In this document: positions 13,073 through 23,893 of the stretch, in pieces
How positions within the stretch are numbered: position 1 is the first letter of the stretch
How the letters are laid out: each line of letters opens with the position of its first letter
From: Felis catus
Lineage: Eukaryota
Assembly (NCBI RefSeq): GCF_018350175.1
Contig: NC_058368.1
Location: forward strand, 116,562,001 to 116,626,000
Direction: 5' to 3'
Length of the DNA stretch: 64,000 bases
Made by a program: the position numbers and the translations under genes
The notes under the pieces: generated by a model
Databases searched by the model: none
Told to the model about the DNA's origin: nothing
Seen by the model: the letters and a program-made list of their open reading frames with translations, nothing else

Positions 13073-13276
13073 GGGGTGCCTGGGTGGCTCAGTCGGTTAA
13101 ACATCCTACTTCAGCTTAAGTCATGATCCTGCTGTTTGTGAGTTTGAGCCCTGCATGAGGGTTGGAGCCTGGAGCCTGCTTCAGATTCTGTGTCTCCCTC
13201 TCTCCCCTCCCCTCACCTGCTCACGCTCTGTCTCTCAAAAATAAATAAACATTAAAAAAAAAAATTTTTTTTTTAA
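13073..13276 (+). mobile_element. CanSINE in Tigger1
   Basis: TSD aagaatgatt at 13061-13070 and 13277-13286. Confidence 0.9.
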
Positions 13277-13857
13277 AAGAATGATTCTAACAGTCTGTGC
13301 TCTGTAAATAGAACAACAAAGCCTGGAAGACAGTGCATCTGGTTACAACATGGTTTACTGAATATTTTAAGTCTAGTGTTGAGACGTACTCCTCTGAACA
13401 AAAGATTTCTTTCAAAGTATTACTGCTCATTGAGAATGCACCGGTCACCCAAGAACTGTGATGGAGACGTACAATAAAATTAATTGTGTTTTCATGCCTG
13501 TTAACACAATATCCATTCTGCAACTCCTGGATCAAAGAATCACTTTGACTTTCAAGTATTAACAATAACAATTGAAGAAATACATTTGTAAGTTTACAGC
13601 TGCTACAGATAATGATTCCTTGGATGAATCTGGGCAAAGGAAATCGAAAACTTTCTGGAAAGGATTTACCATTCTAGATGTCATTAAGAACATTCAGATT
13701 CATGGGAAGAGATCAAACTATCAACTTTAATAAAGGTTTTGCAAAAGTTGGTTACTGCCCTCAGGGATGACTTTGAGGGGCTCCAGATTTCAATGGAAGA
13801 AATAATTGCAGATATGATTGCAATAGCAAGAGAACTAGAATTAGAAGTGGAGCCTGA

Positions 13858-14035
13858 GGGTGCCTGGGTGGCTCAGTTGGTTAAGCATTCGACTTTGGCT
13901 CAGGCCATGATCTTGTAGTTCATGAGTTTGAGCCCCACGTTGGTCTCTGTACTGACAGTGTGGAGCCTGCTTGGGACTCTGGCTCTCTGCCCCTTTTCTG
14001 CTCATGCTTTCTTTCCCAAAAATAAATTAAAAAAA
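13858..14035 (+). mobile_element. CanSINE in Tigger1
   Basis: TSD agaagtggagcctga at 13843-13857 and 14036-14050. Confidence 0.92.
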
Positions 14036-14504
14036 AGAAGTGGAGCCTGAAGATGTGTCTGAATTGCCACAATCTTATTGTAAAATTTTAATGATTGAGG
14101 ACTTGGTTCTTATGGATGAGCAAAGAAAATGGAGTTAAAATTCTGTGAAAATTGTTGAAAGGACAACAAAGGATTTAAAGTGTTGCATAAACTTAGATGA
14201 TAAAACAGTGGCAGGGTTTGAGAGGATTGATTACAATTTTGAAAGAAGATCTCTGGGTAAAATGCTATCAAACATCACCACGTGCTACAGGGAAATTGTT
14301 TGTGAAAGGAAGAGCCCATTGATGGGACAAATTTCACTGTTGTCTTATTTTAAGTAATTGCCACAGCTACCCCAATCCTCGGCAACCACCATCCTAATCA
14401 GTCAGCAGCCAGTCATTGAGGGAAGGCATTCCACCAATAAAAAGATTACAATTCTCTGAAAGTTCAGATGATGATTAGCATTTTTTTCCTAATAAAGTAG
14501 TTAT

Positions 14505-17500
14505 TGAACACCCAAGAAATCAATCAGAGGTCTAAGAGAACAAAAACTGCAAGTCTACAAGTAGAAAAGTGATCACCTTGTATAAAATTCTTTTAACAGG
14601 CAGACCAAAACACACCAGGATCTAGTTTTATTGTTTTAGTTTTTTTTCTTCTTCTCTTTTCTGGACAAAATGATGAGATGGAGAAATTGACCCCAAAAGA
14701 AAGAACAAGAAGTAAAACTCATGGTCAGGGATTTAATCAATAAAGATATAAGTAAGATGTCTCAAGTAGAATTTAAAACAATGATTTCAGGGATAGTAGC
14801 TGGACTTGAAAAAAGCATAGAAGATACCAGGGAACCCCTTTCTGCAGAGGTAAAAGAACTAAAATCTATCCAGGCCAGAATTAATTTTGTAACCAAGTTA
14901 CAAACCCAAATGGAGGCCATCAAAACAAGGATAGACAAGGCAGAGGAGCAAATTAGTGATATAAAATTATGAATAGATAAAATAATGAAGCTGAAAAGAA
15001 GAGGGAAAGTAAGGTCATGGATCATGAGGGCAGACTTAGGCAACTCAGCGACTTATTAAAATGTAATAACATTTGTATCATGAGAGTCCCAAAGATGAAG
15101 AGAGAGAAAAAAGGGGCAGAAGGTTTATTTGAACAAATCATAGCTGATTTGGGAAAGGACACAGACATCAAAATCTAATAAGCACAGAGAACTCCCATTA
15201 AATTCAACAAAAGCCAGCCATTGCCAAGGCATATCATAGTCAAATACACAAAATACTTAGACATGGAAAGAATCCTGAAAGCAGTAAAGGGAAAAAAGTA
15301 CTTAACCCACAAGAGAAGACAGATCAGATTTGCAGCAGATCTATTCACAGAAACATGGCAAGCCAGGAAGGAGTGGCAGGAAATATTTAACATGTTGATT
15401 GGGAAAAATGTGCATCCAAGCATTCTTTATCCAGCAAAACTGTCATTCAGAATAGGAGAAATAAAGAGTTCCTCAGAAAAAACACACACACAAGCACATG
15501 TGCGCACACACACATGCACACACACACACACAATAAAGGAGTTCATTACCACTACACCAGCCCTGCAAGAAATTTTAAGGGGGACTCTTTGAAGAAAAAA
15601 AAAAAAAAAAGCAACAAACACTAGAAAGGACCAGAGAGCATCACCAAAAACACCAACTGCACAGGTAACACAATGGCACTAAATGTCTTTCAATAATCTG
15701 AATGTAAATGGACTAAATGCTTCAATCAAAAGACATAGGGTATCAGAATGGACAAAAAATACAAGATCAACCTAGTGCTGCCTACAAGAGAATCATTTTA
15801 CACCTAAAGACACCTGCAGATTGAAAATGAGGACATGGAGAACCATCTATCATACTAATGGTCGTCAAAAGAAAGCTGGAGTAGCCATATCAAACTAGAT
15901 TTTAAAACAAAGATTGTAATGACAGATGAAGGGTATTATATCATAATTAAGGGGTCTATCCATCAAGAAGATCAAGCAATTGTAAATATTTATGTCCCCA
16001 ACATGGAAACACCCAAATATATAAATGAATTAATCACAAACATAAATAAATTCATTGGTAATACAATAATAGCAGGGGATATTAACACCCCACTTACAAC
16101 AATGAACAAATCATCTAAGCAGAAAATCACAGAAACAATGGCTTTGAAGGACACATTGGACCAGATGGATTTAACAGATAAATTCAGATTTCATTTTATG
16201 TATGTATGTATGTATGTATGTATGTATGTATGTATGTATGTATGTATTTAGAGGGCTCAAGTGAGCGAGGAGCAGAGAGGAAGACAGGGAGAATCCAACG
16301 AGGAGCAGTGGGGGGGAGGGAGTAGGGAAGAGGGAGAAGCTTGGCTCACCCATGGCTCATGTTTTACCAGAAGCAGGGATCGTGTTCACCCGATGTGGGG
16401 CTTGTGCTCACTGAAGTGGGGCATGAGCTCCCCCGAAGTGGGGTCATGCTCACCCCCTGTGGGACTCAAACTCACCAACTGTGAGATCATGACTTGAGCT
16501 GAAGTCAGATGCTTAGTGACTGAGCCACCCAGGCACCCCCAGAACATTTAATTTTAAAGCAGCATAATACACCTTCTCAAAAGCATATGGAACATTCTCC
16601 AGAATATATCACATACTGGATCACAAATCAGTCCTCAATAAGTACAAAAAATATCGATATCATACCATGCATATTTTCATATCACAACTCTTATGAAACT
16701 TGAAGTCAACCACAAGAAGAAATTTGGAAAGCCCCGAAATACATGGAGGTTAAAGAACATCCTACTAAAAAATGAATGGGTTAACCAGGAAATTAAAGAA
16801 ATTAAAAAAAATACATGGAAGCAAATGAAAATGAAAGCATGACAGTCCAAAACCTTTGTGCTGCAGCAAAAGCAGTCCTAAGAGGAAAATATATTGCAAT
16901 ACAGACCTATCTCAGGAAGCCAGAAAGGTCCCAAGTACACAACCTAACCGTACACCTAAAGGATCTAGAAAAGGAAGAGCAAATAAAGCCTAAAGCCAGC
17001 AGAAGAGGGACATAACAAAGATTAGAACAGAAATAAATGATACAGAAACAAATAAACAAAAACCCAGTAGAATAGATCAACAAAACTAAGAGCTGGTTCT
17101 TTGAAAAAATTAACAAAATTGATAACCTCCTAGCCAGACTTATCAAAAAGAAAAGACAAAGGACCCAAATAGATAAAATCGTGGATGAAAGAGGAGAGAT
17201 CACAACCAACACCACAGAAATACAAACAATTATAAGAGAATACTATGAAAAATTATATCCCAACAAACTGGGCAATCTGGAAGAAATGGACAAATTCCTA
17301 GAAATTCACAAACTACTAACATTCAAATAGTAAGAGATAGAAAAATTGAACAGATGCATAACCAGCAAAGAAATGGAATCAGTAATCAAAATCTCCCAAG
17401 TCCTGGGCCAGATGGTTTCCCAATGGAATTCTACCAGACATGTAAAGAAGAGTTAATATCCATTCTTCTCAAACTGTTCCAAAAAATAGAAACAGAAGGA

Positions 17501-19945
17501 AAACTTATAACTCATTCTACAAAGTCAGCATTAACTTGATTCCAAAATCAGACAAAGACCTCCCTAAAAAGAATTACAAGTCAATATTCCTGATGAACAT
17601 AAATACAAAAATTCTCAATAAAATACTAGCAAATCGAATTCAACAGTACATTAAAAGAATTATTCACCATGGTCAAGTGGGGTTTATTGCTGGGCTTCAG
17701 GACTGGTTAATATTTGCAAAACAATTAACATGATACACCACATTAATGAAAGAAAGGATAAGAATCATATGGTTCTCTGTCAATAGACGTGGAGAAAGCC
17801 TTTGCAAAATACAGCATGATAAAAACCCTCCGCAAAGTGGAGATGGAACATACCTAAAGTTCAATAAGGCCATATACAAAAGACCCACAGCTAATATCAT
17901 CCTCAAAGGGGAAAAACTGAGAGCCTTTCCTCTATAGTCATGAACAAGACAAGGATGCCCACTCACACCATTACTATTTGGCAGAGTACTGGAAGTCTTA
18001 GCCTCAGCAATCAGACAACAAAAAGGAATAAAAGTCATCCAAATCAGCAAGGAGGAAGTCAAACTTTCACTACTTGCAGATGACACAATACTCTATTTAG
18101 AAAACCTGAGAGACACCGCCAAAATATTGCTAGAAGAAATACATGAATTTACCAAAGTCACAGGATATAAAATCAATTACAGAAATCTGTTGTATTTCTT
18201 ACACACCAATAACAAAGCAGGATAAAAAGAGATCAAGGAATTGATCCTATTTACAATTGCACCAAAAACAACAAAATACCTAGAAATAAACCTAACTAAA
18301 GAGGTAAAAGATCTAGGCTCTGAAAATTATAGAACCTTTATTAAGGAAATTGAAGAGGACACAAAGAAATGGAAAAGCATTCCATGCTCATGGATTGGAA
18401 GAATAAACATTGTTAAAATGTCTATACTAGCCAAAGCAATCTATACATTTAATGCAATCCGTATCAAAATACCAACAATATTTTTCACAGAGCTAGAACA
18501 AACAACCCTAAAATTTGTATGGAAACACAAAAGACCCCAAATTGCCAAAGCATTCCTGAAATAAAAAACAACAACAACAAACAACTTGAGGCATCATGGT
18601 TCAGGACTCCAAGCTATATTCCAAAGCTGTAGTCATCAAGACAGAATGGTCCTGGCAGAAAAGCAGACACATGGATCAATGGACCATAATAGAAAACTCA
18701 GAAATGGACCCACGAAAGAGTCTCTTCAAAAAACACTGTTGGGAAAACTGGATGGTGACATGTAGAAAAATGAAACTGGGTCACTTTATTACGCCATAAA
18801 CAAAAATAAATTAAAAATGAATGGGAGATGTAAATGTGAGACAGGAAAGTTTCAAAATTCCAGAGGAGAACACAGGCAACAACCTCTTTGACCTCAGCTG
18901 GAGCAACTTCTTACTAGACATGTCACCAAAGGCAAGGAAATCAAAAGCAAACACGAACTATTGGTGCTTAATCAAGCTAAAAAGCCCTGCACAGCAAAGA
19001 TACAATCAACAAAACTACAAGGCAGCCTATGGAATGGGAGAAGATATTTGTAAATGACATATCAGATAAAGGGTTAGTATCCAAAATCTGTAAATAACTT
19101 ATCAAACTCAACAGCCCCCCCACCCACCCAAATAAGCAATGGCCAGAAGACATGAATAGACACTTTTCTAAAGAAGACATCCAGACGGCTAACAGACACA
19201 TGAAACGATGCTCAGCATCACTCATCATTAGGAAACTACAAATCAAAACCGCAATTAGATACGACCTTACACCTGTCAGAATGGCTGAGATTAACAACAC
19301 AAGAAACAACAGGTGTTATTGAGGATGCAAAGAAAGGGGAACCCTCTTGTGATATTGGTGTCAAAGCAAACTAGTGCAGCCACTGGATAACAGTATGGAG
19401 GTTCCTCAAAAAACTAAAAATAGAACTGCCCTATGACCCAGTTGCACTGTTAGGTATTTACCTAAAGAATATAAAAATACAGATTTGAAGGGGCACCTGC
19501 ACCCCAATGTTTATAGCAGCTTTATCAACAATAGCCAAACTATAGAGAGACTCCAAATGTCCATCAACTGATGAATGGATGAAGAAGATGTGGCATACAC
19601 ACGCGCGCACAGACGTGCGCGTGCGCACACACACACACTTGAATATTACTCAGCCATCAAAAAGAATAAAATTTTGCCATTTGCAACTACATGGATGGAG
19701 CTAGAGTGTATTAGGCTGAGCGAAATAAGTTGGAGAAAGTCATACCATAGGATTTCACTGATATGTGGAATAAAAAACAAGAACAAAAACAAAAAACAAA
19801 ACAGATAAACACGGAGATGGGGGAAAAAGAGGAGAGAGGGAAGCAAACCACAAGAGACTCAACAATAGGTAACAAACTGAGGTTTGATGGAGGGAGGTGG
19901 GTGGGGAATGGGCTACACGGGTGATGGGTGTTAAGGAGGGTATTT
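14505..19945 (+). mobile_element. near-full-length carnivore L1 (decayed ORF1 ~14670-15592, ORF2 from ~15673), short 5'UTR, no poly(A)
   Basis: ORF1p (PRHIIVK..IRFAADL..ILYPAKLSF), endonuclease (EGYYIIIKGSIHQED), RT (SPGPDGF, KLRAFPL) and C-terminal peptides in broken frames. Confidence 0.93.
16194..16540 (-). mobile_element. CanSINE variant with tandem B-box-derived units
   Basis: Normal SINE head at 16470-16540, ~6 units of 21-22 bp at 16345-16475, (TATG)n tail. Confidence 0.85.
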
Positions 19946-20041
19946 CTTATATAATATAAATATAACTTTTATATGCACTGGGAAATGAGAAAATTCATTT
20001 CACTCACTTTATTGTGGTGGGCTGGAACCAAACCCACATTT

Positions 20042-20285
20042 TCTTTCTTTCTTTTTTTTTTTTTAATTTTTTTTTCAACGTTTATTTTTTTTTGGGGGGG
20101 GGGACAGAGAGAGACAGAGCATGAACGGGGGAGGGGCAGAGAGAGAGGGAGACACAGAATCGGAAACAGGCTCCAGGCTCTGAGCCGTCAGCCCAGAGCC
20201 CGACGCGGGGCTCGAACTCACGGACCGCGAGATCGTGACCTGGCTGAAGTCCGACGCTTAACCGACTGCGCCACCCAGGCGCCCC
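20042..20285 (-). mobile_element. CanSINE, young feline type
   Basis: CpG-rich; TSD aaacccacattt at 20030-20041 and 20286-20297. Confidence 0.95.
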
Positions 20286-20309
20286 AAACCCACATTTTCA
20301 AGGTATTCT

Positions 20310-20990
20310 ACCAATGTACCATGTTTTGTTTATCCATTCATTTATTGAAGGACATCTGGATTGCTTTCAATTTTGGGTAATTATGAATAAAGCCACCATA
20401 AATATTTGTATACAGTTATTTTTGTGGACAATTTTTCCAACTCATTGAGGTAAGTACCTAGAAGCACAACTGCTGGATCATACAGTAAGCCTATGTTTAG
20501 TTTTCTAAATAACTGCCAAAGTGTTTTATGAAGTGGTCTTGTTCCTACCAACAATGAATGAGAATTCCTGTTGCTTCACATCCTTGACAGCATTGGGTGT
20601 TGACAGTATTTTGGATTTTGGTCATCCTGATCGTTGTATAGTGGTATCTCATTGTTTGTTTGTTTGTTTGTTTAATATAAAATTTATTGTCAAATTATTT
20701 TCTTTTTTTAATATCATCATTGCTTTTATCAATGATTAATTTTCTTTCTTTTAAACCCTCAGTTTATTCTCAGTTTTTAAGAGTCTCTTATGGTTTGCCT
20801 CCTTCCTTCTCTGTAACTCCCCCCTTCGGTGTCTCATTGTTTTAATTTTCAATTCCTGAATATTATGTGATGTTGAAAATCTTTTCATATGCTTTTTTTT
20901 GTTGTTGGCTGTTTGTATATCTTTTTTGGTGAGACAGATGTGTGTTCGGATCTTTAGTCAATTGAATTTGTTTTATTGTTAATGGTTTTT
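20310..20990 (-). mobile_element. continuation of the old L1MC/MD element, with a small carnivore L1 tail at ~20670-20825
   Basis: tttatccattca..gaaggacatctggattg..gctggatcata..gtggtatctcattg. Confidence 0.7.
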
Positions 20991-21053
20991 AAAAATTTAA
21001 ATCCAAGTTAGTTAACATATAGTGTAATAATGATTTCAAGAATAGAATTTAAT

Positions 21054-21887
21054 GGGGCGACTGGGTGGCTCAGTCGGTTAAGCAGCCGACTTTGGCTCAG
21101 GTCATGATCTCGCGTGTCGCGACCAGCGCGACAAACACCGAGGTCAGGGTCCTGAGGGTAGGGGAATGCAAGAAAAAAAGAGAGAAGACAGAAAGTTTGG
21201 GAACAGGAGTGTCCCCTGGGCTGATGGCCCAAGTGACGGCTTTATTGTTGCTGTACACAATCTTTTATAATATAAGACTCTTATGGATCAGGTCATTCTA
21301 AGAATAAACAGGTTTCACATGATCACTGCCAGCCAAAACATTTAGTTCTGTATACCTTGTGAACTTTCTGAACGGGTCACAAGACCTTGTTGATAGATTG
21401 CTAGCAAAACACAGTTCCCATGTTTGTTTCTATCTGACTCGGGGTAGAAAAAGGGAGGTAGCATTACTGCCAACACCTGCAGACCACAGGCTTCAGAAAT
21501 TAACTTTCTCAGCCTTGACAAGGCTTTTGTATGCCCCTGAAAGTGGGGGAATGGGGGGGGGGGGACCACCGGGTTGGCTTGAGTCAACAGGGAACGTTGC
21601 TCGACCGGGTCTCAGCCTGGCGCCGGGCCGGCCTCCCACATGAATGGGAGGGGGAACCACCAGTTTGGCTTGAGTCAACAGGGAACATTGCTCGACCCGG
21701 TCTCATCCTGGCACCGGGGCCAGCCCCCCACACTCGCGGTCAGTGAGTTCAAGCCCCGCGTCAGGCTCTGTGCTGACAGCTCAGAGCCTGGAGCCTGTTT
21801 CAGATTCTGTGTCTCCCTCTCTCTGAGCCTCCCCCATTCATGCTCTGTCTCTCTCTGTCTCAAAAATAAATAAATGTTAAAAAAAAA
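21054..21887 (+). mobile_element. CanSINE split by an LTR
   Basis: Head 21054-21114, remainder 21733-21887; TSD aagaatagaatttaRt. Confidence 0.93.
21115..21732 (-). mobile_element. solo LTR, ERV2/betaretrovirus-like, 618 bp
   Basis: TG..CA ends; perfect 6-bp TSD ctcgcg (21109-21114 and 21733-21738); minus-strand TATAAAA (21269-21263) and AATAAA (21246-21241). Confidence 0.88.
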
Positions 21888-23445
21888 AAGAATAGAATTT
21901 AGTGATTCATCATTTACATATAATACCCAGTCCTCATCCCAACAAGGGTCCTCCTTAATGCCCATAGTCCATTTAGTCCATCTCTCTACCCAACACTCCA
22001 CCAGCAACCCTCAGTTTATTTTCTGTATTTAAGAGCCTCTAATGATTTGTCTTCCTCTCTGTTTTTATCTTAATTTTTCTTACTTCATGTTCATTTCTTA
22101 AATTCCACATATGAGTGAAATCATATATTTGTCTTTCTCTGATTTATTTCGCTTAGCATAATACACTCCATTTCCATCCACGTTGTTACAAATGACAAGA
22201 TTTCATTCTTTTTGATCTTTCATTCATCATTTGATGGACATTTGGGTTCTTTCCATACTTTGGCTATTGTTGAAAGTGCTGCTATCAACACTGGGTGCAT
22301 ATGCCCCTTTGATTCAGCATTTTTGTGTTCTTTGGATAAATACATAGTAGTGCAATTGCTGGGTCATAGAGTAGTTCTATTAAAAAAATTTAAATATAAT
22401 ATTGTCAAGTTGGCTAACATACAGTGTATACAGTGTGCTCTTGGTTTTGGGAGTTGATTCCCGTGATTCATCGCTTACCTACAACAGCCAGTGCTCATCC
22501 CAACAAGTGCCCACCTCAATGCCCATCACCCAATTCCCCCTCTCCCCCATCCCACCATCAACCCTTGGATTGTTCTCTATTTTTAAGAGTCTCTTATGGT
22601 TTGCCTCCCTCCCTCTCTGTTTTTAACTATTTTTACCCCTTCCCTTCCCCCATGGTCTTCTATTAACTTTCTCAAGTTCCACATATGAGTGAAAACATAT
22701 GATATCTTTCTTTGACTGACTTATTTTGCTTAGCATGATACACTTTAGTTCCATCCATGTTGTTTCAAATGGCATAATTTCATTCTTTTTGATCACAGAG
22801 TAATATTCCATTGTATATATCTACCACATCTTTATTCATTCATCGGTCAATGCATATTTGGGCTCTTTCCATACTTTGGCTATTGTCAGTAGTGCTGCTA
22901 TAAACATTGGGGTGCATGTGCCCCTTCAAAATAGCAACCTGTATCCCTTGGATAAATACCTAGTAGTGCAATTGCTGGGTCATAAGGTAGTTCTATTTTT
23001 AATTTTTTGAGGAACCTCCGTATTGTTTTCCAGAGGGCTGCACCACTTTGCATACCCACCAGCAATGCAGAAGTGTTCCTCTTTGTCTGCATCCTCACCA
23101 ACATCTGTTGTTGCTTGAGTTGTGAATTTTAGCCATTTGGACAGGTGTGAGGTGATACCTCATTGTGGTTTTGATTTGTATTTCCCTGATGATGAGTGAT
23201 GGTGAACATTTTTTCATGTGTCTGTTAGCCATCTGGATGTCTTCTTTGGAGAAGTGTCTCTTGATGTCTTTTGCCCATTTCTTCACTGGATTATTTGGCT
23301 TTTGGGTGTTGATTTTGATAATTTTTTTAAAATAGATTTTGGATACTAACTTTTTTTCTGATATGTCATTTGCAAATATCTTCTCCCATTCTGATGGTTG
23401 CCTTTTAGTTTTTCTGAGTATTTCCTTTGCCATGCAGAAGTTTTT

Positions 23446-23846
23446 CTTTTTTTTAATGTTTTTTTCTTTCTATCATTTATTTATTTTTTAATAATTTACA
23501 TCCAAGTTAGTTAGCACATGGTGCAATAATGATTTCAGGAGTAGATTCCTTAAGCCCCTTACCCATTTAGCCCACCCCCCTCCCAAAACTCCTCCAGCAA
23601 CCCTCTGTTTGTTCTCCATATTTAAGAGTTTTTTATGTTTTGTCCCCCTCCCTGTTTTTATTTTTGCTTCCCTTCCCTTATGTTCATCTGTTTTGTATCT
23701 TAAAGTCCTGATATGAGTGAAGTCATATGATACTTGTCTTTCTCTGACTGACTAATTTCACTTAGCATAATACCCTCCAGTTCCATCCATGTAGTTGCAA
23801 ATGGCAAGATTTCATTCTTTTTGGTTGCTGAGTAATACTCCATTGT

Positions 23847-23893
<47 letters not shown>

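Larger units (their letters stand above)
10927..20309 (+). mobile_element. Tigger1 (TcMar-Tigger) DNA transposon, near complete, decayed, split by L1s and SINEs
   Basis: Left end cagacataccttgttttattg; transposase peptides [42 protein letters not shown] (ORF 12870) and [15 protein letters not shown] (ORF 14145); right end ..aacccacattttcaaggtattcta. Pieces ~10927-11947, 12770-14503, 19950-20309. Confidence 0.92.
20991..22380 (-). mobile_element. carnivore L1 3' end (host of the SINE and LTR)
   Basis: atccaagttagttaacatatag...aatagaatttagtgattcatc...; ORF2 end. Confidence 0.85.

Noticed and set aside
16345..16475. CRISPR-like appearance of short periodic repeats (also 36496-36610 and 37638-37742)
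   Set aside because: Head-to-tail units without unique spacers, in mammalian retroelements, with no cas genes.
10927..20309. Domesticated TIGD-like transposase gene
   Set aside because: The transposase frame is broken by stops, frameshifts and L1/SINE insertions.
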